DNA of 64,000 nt from Candidatus Limnocylindrales bacterium (GTDB lineage Bacteria > Chloroflexota > Limnocylindria > Limnocylindrales > CSP1-4): contig JANWLH010000039.1 of assembly GCA_025450915.1 (NCBI GenBank), positions 12,719 through 76,718 on the forward strand. The letters run 5' to 3'. The notes below the pieces were generated by a model. That model did not search any database. It saw only the letters and a list, made by a program, of their open reading frames with translations, and was not told the origin of the DNA. This document shows, one piece after another, positions 50,250-60,832 of the stretch. Within the stretch, counting starts at the first letter, position 1. The number at the start of each line of letters is the position of its first letter. Made by a program: the position numbers and the translations under genes.

Positions 50250-51032
50250 GTCCATGACCCGGCGAGCGACCGCTACGCGCCCCCGAGCGAGACCGAGCGT
50301 CGTTCTTCCTCGACCTACCGGGTGCGCTTCGACGAAGCCGGTCCCGATGGGATCGCTCGCGCCTCGGCCTACCTGCGCTACGCCCAGGACCTGGCCTGGC
50401 TCCACTCCGAGCGGCGTGGCTTCGGCCGGCCCTGGTACCAGGAGCGTGGCCTGGCCTGGGTCGTGCGGGCCGTCGACCTGACGATCGTGGCCGCCCTGCC
50501 GACGGGAACGGCAATGCTGGCCACGACCGAGGTGACCGGCGGCCGCCGGGTGATGGCCCGCCGGCGCTGCGACCTGCGCGACGAGACCAGCGGCAGGCCG
50601 ATCGCGACCGTCCTGACCGATTGGGTGATGACGACCACGGCGGGCGTGCCGACCCGGGTTCCGGATGCGTTTCCGATCGCCTTCGGCGTTCCCGCCAGCA
50701 GCTTCGAGCCGACCCGGGTCGATCCGGGCCAACCGCCCGACGGTGCGGTTCGCCGGTCGTTCGATGTCCGGCTCCACGAGCTCGACCCGATGGGCCATGT
50801 CAACAACGCGGTCTACCTCGACTGGCTCGATGAGGCAATCGACCTCGTCGAGCCGGCTGCGATCCGGGCGGTGCCCCGGCGCTATCGCCTCGAATACCGG
50901 GCCGCCGCGTCGCCCGGCGCCACTCTCGTCGGCTGGGCCTGGGGCGATGCGTCGGGCTGGTCGTACCGGCTCGCCGACGACGCCGGGCGGCTCTGCCTGG
51001 GCGGCCGGCTGGAGGGCACAGCGGGGATCTGA
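50238..51032 (+). CDS. Acyl-ACP/acyl-CoA thioesterase (tandem hotdog fold)
   Basis: ..YRVRFDEAGPDGIARASAYLRYAQDLAWLH.. and ..HELDPMGHVNNAVYLDWLDEA.. are typical of acyl-ACP thioesterase-family proteins. Confidence 0.7.
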   Translation: MTGEVHDPASDRYAPPSETERRSSSTYRVRFDEAGPDGIARASAYLRYAQDLAWLHSERRGFGRPWYQERGLAWVVRAVDLTIVAALPTGTAMLATTEVTGGRRVMARRRCDLRDETSGRPIATVLTDWVMTTTAGVPTRVPDAFPIAFGVPASSFEPTRVDPGQPPDGAVRRSFDVRLHELDPMGHVNNAVYLDWLDEAIDLVEPAAIRAVPRRYRLEYRAAASPGATLVGWAWGDASGWSYRLADDAGRLCLGGRLEGTAGI

Positions 51033-51349
51033 GCCCGCGCCTTCGCCGTGTCGGTGGGCGGGTCGTGGACAGCGGTCAACAAGGCCTCGGTGACGCCCAG
51101 CAACGAGGGCCCCACAGCACGCCAGCAGACCGCATCGCGGGCAGTACGTTCGGGCCACCGACGGGCGGGACGTGCGCCGGTGCACCGCCCCGCCAGGGAC
51201 GGGTACCGGTCGCGGTAACGACCTCCAGTGGACTATCTGGCTATTGGGGACTGGGACCCCCGGCCCCAGTGTTCGGCCCAGATCAACACATCGTCATGTG
51301 CCTCGAATCGGGGCACCGATGTGACTGGGCCGAAGGGGATAACGAAGAG

Positions 51350-52915
51350 ATGGCGATCTCGCCCGGCACCGAGCTCCTGCTCGCCGCGCTGGTCGTCGCC
51401 TTCATCGGAGCCATCCTCGGCAGTGCCGGATTCGCGGCGACCATCGGTCGCCGGCAGGTCGCCCGAATCACCGCCGTCACCGTCGCCCTGGCCGGCGCCA
51501 CCGACCCATCCTCGATCGTCGACACCGACGGCCTTGACGACCCGAAGCTGCGCGCCGCCTTCGGGCGGCTGGCCGAGCGTGTCTCGGAAGCCTGGACCCT
51601 GGCGACCGTCGATCCCCTGACCGCCGTCCTCAACCGGCAGGCGCTCATCGGCCGGATCGAAGCTGAGCTCGACCGGGCCAGCCGCTATGCGCGGCCGCTC
51701 TCGATCGTCCTCGTCGACCTCGACCATTTCAAGCGAGTGAACGACACCCACGGCCACTCGGCGGGCGACACGGTCCTGCGCGAGTTCGCCGCGGTGCTCC
51801 GGGCGAGCGTCAGGGCCGTCGACATCGTCGGCCGCTACGGCGGCGAGGAATTCATGCTCGTCCTGCCCGAGACGGACGCAGACGCCGCGGCGACGATGGC
51901 CGAGAAGCTGCGCCGGGCGGTGGCGGGTCGCCAGATCCAGGTCCAGGACGGGACGATCCTGTCGATCACGATGAGCGCCGGCGTCGCCGGCGGCCTGGGT
52001 CCGCACATGAACCTCGAAGGCCTGATCAACGACTCCGACGCGGCGCTGTACTCCGCGAAGGCGCTCGGCCGCGACCAGGTCTACGTCTTCCACGAAGTGG
52101 CCGAGGGCGACCTCGTCCGCCGGGCGGCAATCGCCCCACAGGCCCGCCAGCGGGCCGTGGACGTTGGCCGGGCGGCGATGCGTGCGGCCACGGCCACGCT
52201 CCAGGCGGCGCTCGAAGAGCGCAACGGCTGGACCGGCAAGCCCTCGAACATGATCGCCGAGATGTCGGCAATGCTCGCCCAGGCGCTCGAGCTGCCGCCC
52301 GGGGAGATCGAGCGCGTGCATACGGCCAGCCTCCTCCACGACCTGGGCAAGCTGGCCATCCCGGACGCGATCCTCGACAACCCGGGCGAGCTCGACGATC
52401 GCGAATGGCGGGTCGTCTCGGAGCATCCCAAGATCGGCCAGGTCGTCCTCGAGCAGGCCGGCGCGCTGCGCGACGCAGCCACGATCGTCCTCCATCATCA
52501 CGAGTGGTTCGATGGCCGGGGCTACCCGCACGGCCTGGCCGGACGCGAGATCCCCGTCGGGGCCCGGATCGTGGCGATCGCCGACGCCTACGAGGCGATG
52601 GTCGCCGGCCGGCCCTACAGGAGCGCGATCGCCCACGAGGCCGCGCTCGCGGAGCTCCGCCGGCACGCCGGTGTCCAGTTCGATCCGGAGCTCGTCGAGC
52701 TCTTCGTGACCCTGTTCGCCGACGGTGTCCCGTGGGAGCCATCCGAAAACGGCCACCAGCGCGAGGGCGCCGACTCCGAGGTCGACCTCCTTGGCAACGA
52801 CCATCGCCACCACGGCGTGATCCACGACGCCGTCCATGCCCGCCGGCGCGGCGAGGTCCTGCCGCCGGCGGCTCGCTCGCGGCGCGCCGCCCGCCCGCCG
52901 TCCAAGGCCGTCTGA
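51350..52915 (+). CDS. Membrane-anchored diguanylate cyclase (GGDEF) fused to an HD-GYP phosphodiesterase domain
   Basis: N-terminal TM LLLAALVVAFIGAILG. GGDEF RYGGEEF with upstream RxxD-like context. HD-GYP HDLGK...HHHEWFDGRGYPHGL. Confidence 0.85.
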   Translation: MAISPGTELLLAALVVAFIGAILGSAGFAATIGRRQVARITAVTVALAGATDPSSIVDTDGLDDPKLRAAFGRLAERVSEAWTLATVDPLTAVLNRQALIGRIEAELDRASRYARPLSIVLVDLDHFKRVNDTHGHSAGDTVLREFAAVLRASVRAVDIVGRYGGEEFMLVLPETDADAAATMAEKLRRAVAGRQIQVQDGTILSITMSAGVAGGLGPHMNLEGLINDSDAALYSAKALGRDQVYVFHEVAEGDLVRRAAIAPQARQRAVDVGRAAMRAATATLQAALEERNGWTGKPSNMIAEMSAMLAQALELPPGEIERVHTASLLHDLGKLAIPDAILDNPGELDDREWRVVSEHPKIGQVVLEQAGALRDAATIVLHHHEWFDGRGYPHGLAGREIPVGARIVAIADAYEAMVAGRPYRSAIAHEAALAELRRHAGVQFDPELVELFVTLFADGVPWEPSENGHQREGADSEVDLLGNDHRHHGVIHDAVHARRRGEVLPPAARSRRAARPPSKAV

Positions 52916-52916
52916 G

Positions 52917-53144
52917 ATGACATCCGTCTGCGCTCACTGCGGGTCGCCGCTCGTCGAGCGCCGGGATCGGACGACCGGCCTGCCGTACCCGGCCTGCGAG
53001 AGCGCGGCATGCCCGGGAGCCAGGCCGGCGTCCGATACCACCGGCTGGACGCGGGCCGATCGCACCCGGACACGCCCCCATGGCTCGAGCCGCCGGCGCT
53101 GGTGGCGCGCGGCTCGGCGGGCAATCTGGTCGCTGACGGGCTGA
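52917..53144 (+). CDS. Possible small zinc-ribbon protein (CxxC...C...C)
   Basis: MTSVCAHCGSPLVERRDRTTGLPYPACESAACPG. ATG 1 nt after the upstream stop. Could be spurious. Confidence 0.3.
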   Translation: MTSVCAHCGSPLVERRDRTTGLPYPACESAACPGARPASDTTGWTRADRTRTRPHGSSRRRWWRAARRAIWSLTG

Positions 53145-53266
53145 CAAGCTGACCACATGACCGACTGGCCGGCGTTCTGCCGGACCAGCCGGTCGCCATG
53201 GTGGACAATTGGCCCGAAGGGCCGCCGCCGGGACCCCCCGTCCGCCCGGATCCACGAGCAGGACCG

Positions 53267-54763
53267 TTGAGCCAGTTCCTCGGCGCGCTCGACCAGGGCA
53301 CCAGCAGCACCAGGTTCATCGTCTTCGACCACGCCGGCCGCCCGGTCGCGACCGACCAGCGCGAGCATCGCCAGGTCTATCCGGCCGCGGGCTGGGTCGA
53401 GCACGATCCGCTCGAGATCCTCGAGCGCTGCCACGAGGTGATCAGCGGAGCGCTGGCCAGGGCCGGGATCGAGGCGGCCGACCTGGCTGCGGTCGGGATC
53501 ACCAACCAGCGGGAGACGACCGTCCTCTGGGAGCGAGCCACCGGCCGGCCGATCCACAACGCGATCGTCTGGCAGGACACGCGGACGACCGACATCGTCG
53601 GGGAGCTGGCCGCCGCGGGTGGAGTCGATCGCTTCCGGGCCGTGACCGGCCTGCCCATCGCCACCTACTTCTCGGGACCGAAGGTCCGCTGGCTCCTCGA
53701 CAACGTCCCCGGGGCCCGGAGCCGCGCCGAGGCCGGCGACCTGCTCTTCGGGACGATCGACACGTGGTTGATCTGGAACCTGAGCGGCGGGCCGGCGGGC
53801 GGCGTCCACGTGACCGACGTGACGAACGCCAGCCGGACGATGCTGATGAACCTCCGGACGCTCGACTGGGACCCGGACGTGCTCACCTCGCTGGACATCC
53901 CGCGGAGCCTCCTGCCCCGCATCGCGTCGTCGAGCGAGGTCTACGCGACGGCCGGCGCTCCGCTCGCGGGCGTCCGGATCGCCGGCGATCTCGGCGACCA
54001 GCAGGCGGCCCTTTTCGGCCAGACCTGCTTCGCGGCCGGTGAGGCCAAGAACACGTACGGCACCGGCTGCTTCATGCTCCTCAACACCGGCCCGGAGCCG
54101 GTGACGTCGAGGAGCGGCCTGCTCACGACGCTCGCCTACCGCCTCGGTGGCCAGCCACCGGTCTACGCCCTGGAAGGTTCGATCGCCGTGGCCGGCGCGC
54201 TGGTCAGCTGGCTGCGCGACAACCTCGGCCTGATCGCCGACTCGGGTGAGATCGAGGCACTGGCGCGATCGGTGCCCGACAACGGCGGCGTGTCGTTCGT
54301 TCCGGCGTTCTCGGGCCTCTTCGCGCCGTACTGGCGGAGCGAGGCCCGGGGTCTCATCGCCGGGCTCACCGGGTTCGCCACGAAGGGCCATATTGCCCGG
54401 GCTGCGCTCGAGGCGACGGCCTGGCAGACCCGGGAGGTGCTCGAGGCGATGAACCGCGATTCGGGCGTGGCCCTCGGTGCGCTCAAGGTCGACGGCGGCA
54501 TGGTCACGAACGAGCTGCTCATGCAGTTCCAGGCCGACGTCCTGGGCGTCCCGGTCATCCGCCCCGAGGTCATCCAGACGACCGCCCTCGGTGCGGCCTA
54601 CGCCGCCGGCCTGGCGGTCGACTTCTGGCCGGCCCTCGACGACCTCCGGGCGTACTGGCGAAAGGACCGCGAGTGGACGCCGGCGCTCGACCCTGGGGCC
54701 CGGGCGGTCGCCTATCACTGGTGGCAGAAGGCCGTCGCCCGCACGTTCGACTGGCTCGAGTGA
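53267..54763 (+). CDS. glpK: Glycerol kinase
   Basis: ..[17 protein letters not shown].., ..[12 protein letters not shown].., ..TYGTGCFML.. FGGY-family motifs. TTG start assumed. Confidence 0.9.
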   Translation: MSQFLGALDQGTSSTRFIVFDHAGRPVATDQREHRQVYPAAGWVEHDPLEILERCHEVISGALARAGIEAADLAAVGITNQRETTVLWERATGRPIHNAIVWQDTRTTDIVGELAAAGGVDRFRAVTGLPIATYFSGPKVRWLLDNVPGARSRAEAGDLLFGTIDTWLIWNLSGGPAGGVHVTDVTNASRTMLMNLRTLDWDPDVLTSLDIPRSLLPRIASSSEVYATAGAPLAGVRIAGDLGDQQAALFGQTCFAAGEAKNTYGTGCFMLLNTGPEPVTSRSGLLTTLAYRLGGQPPVYALEGSIAVAGALVSWLRDNLGLIADSGEIEALARSVPDNGGVSFVPAFSGLFAPYWRSEARGLIAGLTGFATKGHIARAALEATAWQTREVLEAMNRDSGVALGALKVDGGMVTNELLMQFQADVLGVPVIRPEVIQTTALGAAYAAGLAVDFWPALDDLRAYWRKDREWTPALDPGARAVAYHWWQKAVARTFDWLE

Positions 54764-54800
54764 CCCGCGCGAGCCGAACTCGGACGCCGGCTGGGGCATC

Positions 54801-56441
54801 ATGGCCCGGATGACTGGCCCAACCCGACTACCCAGGATCGTGGACGTCCTGATCGTCGGCGGCGGCGCGACCGGCGCCGGCCTCCTGCGCGACCTCGCCC
54901 GGCGCGGCCTGCGCTGCCTCCTCGTCGAGAAGGGCGATCTGGCCAGCGGCACGAGTGGCCGGTACCACGGCCTCCTCCACTCGGGCGCACGCTACATCGC
55001 CCGCGATCCGCAGGCCGCCCGGGAGTGCATCGCCGAGAACGCGATCCTGCGCCGGATCGCTCCGGCGACGATCGAAGAGACCGGTGGCCTGTATGTCGCC
55101 ACGCCCGACGATCCCGACGACTATGTCGACGCCTTCGCGGATCGGTGCGATGCGGTCAACGTTCCATGCGACGACGAGCCGCTCGCCGCGCTGTTCCGCC
55201 GGGAACCGGCCCTGAATCGCCAGATCCGACGGGCCTACCGCGTCCCCGATGCGTCGCTGGAGCCGTGGCAGCTCGTCGAAGCGAACCTGCGCGATGCGGC
55301 CGATCGCGGCAGCCAGGCGCTGCCCTATCACCAGGTCGTGGGGATGGAGCGCAACGGCGGTTTCGTCTCGTCGGTCTCGATCGCCGACCTGCGCAGCGGG
55401 ACCATCGAGCGGGTCGTTCCCCGGATCATCGTCTCGGCCGCCGGGGCCTGGGCCGGCCGGGTGGCCGCGCTCGCCGGGATCGAGCTCCGGATGTCGCCGG
55501 GCAAGGGCACGATGCTCGTCTACAACCAGCGGATGACCGACACCGTCATCGCCCGCTGCAAGCCGCCCGGGGACGGCGACATCATGGTCCCGGTCCACAC
55601 CGTGGCGATCCTCGGCACGACCGACATCCCGGTCGAGGATCCCGACCACTACGAGGTGACGCCGGCCGAGATCGAGGACCTGATCTACGAGGGTGAGAAG
55701 CTCTTCCCGGACCTCCGGCGGATGCGGATCCTGCGGGCCTACGCCGGCGTCCGGCCGTTGTATGCCGCGGCCGAGTTCGCCCGATCCGGGGAGCTGGCCG
55801 GCGGCGACCGGGCGATCTCGCGGGCGCATGCCGTCATCGACCACGAGTCCCGCGACGGCGTCGCGAACTTCGTGTCGATCGTCGGCGGCAAGCTGACGAC
55901 CTACCGGTTGATGGCCGAGCAGACGGCCGATGTTGTCTGCGCGAAGCTCGGCGTCGACCAGCCGTGCACGACGGCCGACGAGGTCCTTCCCGGCCAGGGC
56001 TCGGGCCGGGGCTACTACTGGCTCGGGGATCGGCTGGCGGCGCACGAGGCGACCGGCGGCGGCGACGCAGCCCTGATCTGCGAGTGTGAGCTCGTGACCC
56101 GGCCGATGCTCGAAGCCTTCCTCGATGAGCGAATGCCGTGCAGCCTCGACGATGTTCGCCGCGGCACCCGGCTGGGCATGGGCCCATGCCAGGGGGCGTT
56201 CTGCACGTTCCGGGCGGCGGGTGTGATGGCCGCACGAACCGGCGGGACCGTCGCGGCGCAGGCCGAGCCGGTCGAGGACGAGCTCGTGGCCTTCCTGCGC
56301 GAGCGCTATCGCGGGACGAGGCCGATCGCCTGGGGCCGCCAGCTCCAGGAGCTGTGGCTGTCGACGGGCATCTACTGGGGGGCGCTCGGGCTCGACGCGT
56401 TCGTCTCCCCGGGCAGCGAGGCCGGCGATGGCCACGGCTGA
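54801..56441 (+). CDS. glpA: Anaerobic glycerol-3-phosphate dehydrogenase subunit A (FAD; C-terminal BFD-like [2Fe-2S] domain)
   Basis: VDVLIVGGGATGAGLLRDLARRG FAD motif. C-terminal CECELVT...GMGPCQGAFC. Confidence 0.9.
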   Translation: MARMTGPTRLPRIVDVLIVGGGATGAGLLRDLARRGLRCLLVEKGDLASGTSGRYHGLLHSGARYIARDPQAARECIAENAILRRIAPATIEETGGLYVATPDDPDDYVDAFADRCDAVNVPCDDEPLAALFRREPALNRQIRRAYRVPDASLEPWQLVEANLRDAADRGSQALPYHQVVGMERNGGFVSSVSIADLRSGTIERVVPRIIVSAAGAWAGRVAALAGIELRMSPGKGTMLVYNQRMTDTVIARCKPPGDGDIMVPVHTVAILGTTDIPVEDPDHYEVTPAEIEDLIYEGEKLFPDLRRMRILRAYAGVRPLYAAAEFARSGELAGGDRAISRAHAVIDHESRDGVANFVSIVGGKLTTYRLMAEQTADVVCAKLGVDQPCTTADEVLPGQGSGRGYYWLGDRLAAHEATGGGDAALICECELVTRPMLEAFLDERMPCSLDDVRRGTRLGMGPCQGAFCTFRAAGVMAARTGGTVAAQAEPVEDELVAFLRERYRGTRPIAWGRQLQELWLSTGIYWGALGLDAFVSPGSEAGDGHG

Positions 56442-57732
56442 CGTGGCCGTCGTCGGAGCGGGGCTGGCCGGGCTGACCGCCGCGATCCGCCTGGCCGAGG
56501 CGGGCGCCCGGGTCCACGTCCTGGCGGCCGGCCACGCGACGACCCACTGGGCGCCGGGCGGCATCGACCTCGGCGCGCTGCCGGATTCGCGGACTTCCCA
56601 GGAGGCGATCGACCGCCTGGCGATGGTTCCCGGCCACCCGTACGGCGTCCTTGCGGCCGAGCTCCCGGCGGCCCTCGCCTGGCTCCGGGCCGTCCTGGCC
56701 CGGGAGGGCTTCGAGCTCGAGGGTGCGCCCGGTGACCCGCTCCGGGCGATTCCCACCGCGATCGGGGCGACCCGCCTCGCGGCGCTCCTGCCGGCCGGAA
56801 TGGCGGGCGCGCTGCCTGCCTGGGCGCCGGACGAGACCCTGGTCGTCTGCGGCCCCGCGGGATTCCGCGACTTCTGGCCCGAGGCCATCGCCGGCGCTCT
56901 GCGCCGGCCGAGCTCGTGGCGCGGCCAGACGCCGCCCGGGCGAATCGAAGCCGTCAGCGTTGAGCTGCCCGGTCTCGCCGGCCGGCGCAACCTCTCGAGC
57001 CTCGACCTGGCCCGGCTCTTCGACGATCCGGCCTGGCGCCGCGCCGCCCTCGAGGGGATCGCCCGGGCGGTGGCGGCGCGATCCCGGGCTCCCGGGCGCG
57101 TGGCCCTGCCGGCCATCCTCGGGTTGAACGACCATCCAGCCGCCCTCGCGGCCGCCCGCGAGATCCTGCCGCTCCTCCCGTTCGAGGTGGCCCTCGCCCC
57201 ACCGAGCGTCCCGGGGCTGCGCTTGTACGCGGTCCTTCGCGGCGCCCTGCGGCGCCACGGCGGCCGGCTCCAGGTCGGCGAGGCCGTCCACGGGACGATC
57301 GACGCCGCCGGCCGGGTCGCGGAGCTGCGAGCGCCGGCCGCGGCGCGGGAGTTCGTCCTCTCGGCGGGGGCGGTCGTCCTGGCGACCGGCGGCATCGCCG
57401 GCGGCGGGATCGTGGCGGACGGCCCGGCAACCCTGCGCGAGGAGGTCCTTGGGCTGCCGGTCGATGGCCCGCCGGCCGGCAACTGGCTGAGCGACGACGC
57501 GTTAAGCCCGGCGGGCCATCCGCTCGAGACGGCCGGGATCCGGACCGACCGGCACCTCCGGCCGGTCGCACCCGCCGGATCCACGGCTGATGGGCGGCCG
57601 ATCGCCGAGAACGTCCGGGTCGCCGGCAGCCTGCTCGCGGGCCAGCGCTACCTGCGTGAGCGCTGCGGCGACGGCGTCGCCCTGGCCAGCGGCGTCCTCG
57701 CCGCCCGGAAATTGGCCGGGGTGGCTCGATGA
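56428..57732 (+). CDS. glpB: Anaerobic glycerol-3-phosphate dehydrogenase subunit B
   Basis: ADVAVVGAGLAGLTAAIRLAEAG. Overlaps glpA stop and glpC start. Confidence 0.85.
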   Translation: MATADVAVVGAGLAGLTAAIRLAEAGARVHVLAAGHATTHWAPGGIDLGALPDSRTSQEAIDRLAMVPGHPYGVLAAELPAALAWLRAVLAREGFELEGAPGDPLRAIPTAIGATRLAALLPAGMAGALPAWAPDETLVVCGPAGFRDFWPEAIAGALRRPSSWRGQTPPGRIEAVSVELPGLAGRRNLSSLDLARLFDDPAWRRAALEGIARAVAARSRAPGRVALPAILGLNDHPAALAAAREILPLLPFEVALAPPSVPGLRLYAVLRGALRRHGGRLQVGEAVHGTIDAAGRVAELRAPAAAREFVLSAGAVVLATGGIAGGGIVADGPATLREEVLGLPVDGPPAGNWLSDDALSPAGHPLETAGIRTDRHLRPVAPAGSTADGRPIAENVRVAGSLLAGQRYLRERCGDGVALASGVLAARKLAGVAR

Positions 57733-59048
57733 CGATCGCCGACATCGTGGCCCAGGCGTCCGCGCCCGGGCAGCCGCGGTCCGTCGGCCTGAGCGCGGAC
57801 GAGTGCCTGAAGTGCAACGTGTGTACCACGGCCTGCCCGGTTGCCCGGGTGACGGACCTCTTTCCGGGCCCGAAGTACTCCGGCCCGCAGGCCCAGCGCT
57901 TCCGCCTGGGCAGCGAGCTGGCACCGGGCAGCGGGAGGCTGTCGGTGGTGCCGTCGCCGGATCGCTCGGTTGACTACTGCTCGGGGTGCGGCTTCTGCAC
58001 GACGGCCTGTCCGGCGGACGTGAAGATCGCCGAGATGAACAACCGGGCCCGGGGAGCATTGCGCTCCGGCCGGCGGCCCCGGTTGCGCGACTGGCTCCTC
58101 GGACAGACGGACCTGACCGGCCGGCTGGGCGGCCTGACCGAGCCGCTTGCCAACTGGGGGCTCCACAATCGGCTCGTCCGGGTCCTGATCGACAGGATCC
58201 TGCGGATCGACCGGCGGGCGCCCTTGCCACGGTTCGCGAGGCGCTCGTTCCGTTCCCGGCTCGGCCGCCATTGGCGCGGGCGATGGTCGGCGAACGCGCC
58301 GGCGCCGGCCACGAGCGTCGTCTACTTCCACGGCTGCGCGGCCAACTACTACGAACCGGAGGTGGGCCAGGCGGCGATCGATGTCCTCGAGCGGAACGGC
58401 TTCACCGTCATCGTCCCGCCCCAGGTCTGCTGCGGCCTGCCGCTGATCAGCAATGGCCTCTACGCGCCGGCGCGCGGCCGGGCGCGAAGCAATATCGCCG
58501 TCCTCGCCGGCTACGCCCGGGCGGGCTACCGGATCGTCGGCACGTCGACGTCGTGCACCCACACCCTCAAAGCCGAGTATCGCGAGATGCTCGACATCGA
58601 CGACGCCGATGCCCGGATGGTCGCCGAGGCCACGTGGGACATCTGCGAGCTCCTCGTCGATCTCCACGCCCAGGGCCGGCTCGATACTCGCTTCGGGGCG
58701 CTTGACCGGACGCTGCCATACCACGCCCCGTGCCAGCTGCGGAGCCACGGGATCGGGCTGCCCGCGCTCGACCTGTTCGAGCTCGTCCCGGGCCTGCGGG
58801 CGATCGACCTGGACCACGACTGCTGCGGGATTGCCGGCACGTACGGCCTCAAGAGCGAGAAGTACGAGATCGCGATGGCTGTCGGGAAGCCCCTCTTCGA
58901 GCGGATCCGGGCGGGCGGTGCGGAGCAGGTGGCCTGCGACTCGGAGACCTGCCGCTGGCAGATCGCCGCGGCGACCGGCGCGAGGCTGCGGCATCCCGTC
59001 GAGCTGCTGGCCGAGGCCTACGACGCGTATCTCGCGGCCGAGCCGTGA
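57729..59048 (+). CDS. glpC: Anaerobic glycerol-3-phosphate dehydrogenase subunit C (2x[4Fe-4S], CCG domains)
   Basis: CLKCNVCTTACP and CSGCGFCTTACP ferredoxin motifs. Cys-rich CCG repeats (..VVYFHGCAANYY.., ..LPYHAPCQLR..). Confidence 0.85.
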   Translation: MTIADIVAQASAPGQPRSVGLSADECLKCNVCTTACPVARVTDLFPGPKYSGPQAQRFRLGSELAPGSGRLSVVPSPDRSVDYCSGCGFCTTACPADVKIAEMNNRARGALRSGRRPRLRDWLLGQTDLTGRLGGLTEPLANWGLHNRLVRVLIDRILRIDRRAPLPRFARRSFRSRLGRHWRGRWSANAPAPATSVVYFHGCAANYYEPEVGQAAIDVLERNGFTVIVPPQVCCGLPLISNGLYAPARGRARSNIAVLAGYARAGYRIVGTSTSCTHTLKAEYREMLDIDDADARMVAEATWDICELLVDLHAQGRLDTRFGALDRTLPYHAPCQLRSHGIGLPALDLFELVPGLRAIDLDHDCCGIAGTYGLKSEKYEIAMAVGKPLFERIRAGGAEQVACDSETCRWQIAAATGARLRHPVELLAEAYDAYLAAEP

Positions 59049-60073
59049 TCCTGGTCATCGGCGCGGGTGCCGTCGGTTCGCTGCTGGGCTGGACGCTCGC
59101 GGTGGCCGGCGAGCCCGTCGTGCTGCTCCGGCGCGGCGGGCCCATCCAAGAGCATCCGGAGCCGTTGAGCGTGGCCGGTGGGGCTGCTCCGCCGAGCAGC
59201 GTCCAGGTCCAGGTCGCGGGATCGCCGGCGGGCCTGAGCGACGTGCCCGAGATCATCATCGTGGCGGTCAAGATGCCCGATCTGGCCGGCGCGATCGAGA
59301 CGGCCGCAGCCTGGCCCGAGGCGACGATCGTGGCGGTCGAGAACGGCGTCGGGGCCGACGACCTCCTCCTCGAGCAGCGGCCCGTGGGCGGCCTCGTCGC
59401 GGCCGCGCTCACCGCCTCGGTCGAGCGGGCGGCCGACGGGTCGATCCGCCGCTTGTCGCGCGGCGGCATCGTCCTCGCCGCCGTTCGGGGGAACGTCGCA
59501 CCGGCGATCGGGCGGCTCGTGACGGCGTTCAACGCTGGGGGCCTGCGCGCCCGCGTCGTCGCCGACCCGGCCGCGATGCGCTGGTCGAAGCTCCTGGTGA
59601 ACCTGATGGGCAACGCCAGTGGCGCGATCGTCGACATGGACCCGGTCGCCGTGTATCGCGATGCCGGCCTGTTCGGGGTCGAGCGCCGGCAGCTCGGCGA
59701 AGCACTCGGCGTGATGAGCCGGCTGAACCTCCGGCCGATCAAGCTCTTTGGTGCAGACACGCGCCTCCTGCCGATCGCCGGGCGGCTGCCCGGTCCGCTC
59801 GTGCAGCCCATCCTCGCCCGGGTCGTGGGCGCCGGCCGGGGCGGCAAGCGCCCCTCGCTCCATCTCCATCTCGACGCCGGCAGCGGCGCGCCGACCGAGG
59901 TGGAGTGGCTCAACGGAGCGGTCGCCGATGCCGCCACAAGGCTCGGTGGGCGGGCGCCGGTCAACGCCCGGCTCGCCGAGCTCGTCGCCGAGTGCAACAC
60001 CGATCCTGATCGGCGGGCGTGGTTCCGGGGCAGGTCCGATCGCCTCCTCGAGGCGATCGCCGCGCCGGCCTGA
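59045..60073 (+). CDS. panE: 2-dehydropantoate 2-reductase (ketopantoate reductase, PanE/ApbA family)
   Basis: VILVIGAGAVGSLLG Rossmann motif and an ApbA C-terminal domain. GTG overlaps the glpC stop. Confidence 0.75.
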   Translation: MILVIGAGAVGSLLGWTLAVAGEPVVLLRRGGPIQEHPEPLSVAGGAAPPSSVQVQVAGSPAGLSDVPEIIIVAVKMPDLAGAIETAAAWPEATIVAVENGVGADDLLLEQRPVGGLVAAALTASVERAADGSIRRLSRGGIVLAAVRGNVAPAIGRLVTAFNAGGLRARVVADPAAMRWSKLLVNLMGNASGAIVDMDPVAVYRDAGLFGVERRQLGEALGVMSRLNLRPIKLFGADTRLLPIAGRLPGPLVQPILARVVGAGRGGKRPSLHLHLDAGSGAPTEVEWLNGAVADAATRLGGRAPVNARLAELVAECNTDPDRRAWFRGRSDRLLEAIAAPA

Positions 60074-60114
60074 GGGTCCGATTCGGCCGGGGTCGGCCGA
60101 TATACTCGGCCGGC

Positions 60115-60735
60115 ATGGACACGATGACGATTGCCGTGGGGGTGGTGTCGATCGGCGGCGCCTACCTTGTCGGCGGGATTCCGTGGGGCGTCCTGCTGGC
60201 GCGGTTCGTGGGCGGGCCCGATCCCCGCACCCAGGGCAGCGGGCGGACCGGCGGGGCCAATGTCCTGCGGGTCCTCGGTCCCCGGGTGGCGGCGGCAGCC
60301 GGCATCCTCGACCTGCTCAAGGGCGTCTTCGCCGCGGCGGTTCCGTGGCTCCTTGGGGCCGGCCTCGTGATCCAGGGACTGGCCGTCCTCGTGGCGATCA
60401 TCGGCCACAGTCGCTCGCCGTACATCGGCTTTCGCGGCGGCCGGGGCGTGTCACCGGCCTTTGGCTCGTTGATCGTCCTGTGGCCGCTCGTCGCCCTCGC
60501 CGTCGTGCCGGTCTTCTTCGGGGTCATCCGGGTGACCCGCTACTCGTCAGTCGGCTCGCTGGTGGCGACGAGCCTGGCGGGCGTGATCGTCGTGGCGATC
60601 GTGCTCCTCCAGGGCCTCCCGCTGGCACACCTCATCTACGCCATCGGGGCCCCGGCCCTGATCTGGTATTTCCACCGCGACAACGTCGAGCGCCTGCTGG
60701 CGGGCACCGAACGGACGATCGACAACAGGACCTGA
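60115..60735 (+). CDS. plsY: Glycerol-3-phosphate acyltransferase PlsY
   Basis: ..SGRTGGANVLRVLG..ILDLLKG..HSRSPYIGFRGGRGV.. are PlsY signatures. Confidence 0.85.
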   Translation: MDTMTIAVGVVSIGGAYLVGGIPWGVLLARFVGGPDPRTQGSGRTGGANVLRVLGPRVAAAAGILDLLKGVFAAAVPWLLGAGLVIQGLAVLVAIIGHSRSPYIGFRGGRGVSPAFGSLIVLWPLVALAVVPVFFGVIRVTRYSSVGSLVATSLAGVIVVAIVLLQGLPLAHLIYAIGAPALIWYFHRDNVERLLAGTERTIDNRT

Positions 60736-60832
60736 CCACCGAAAGTCCGGCATGGCCGGCGCGCTACGGTCTCGGCCAGGGCTACCTGCTCGGCCGCCCC
60801 GGGTCCCTCGGGACGATCGTCGGCCCGGCCAC

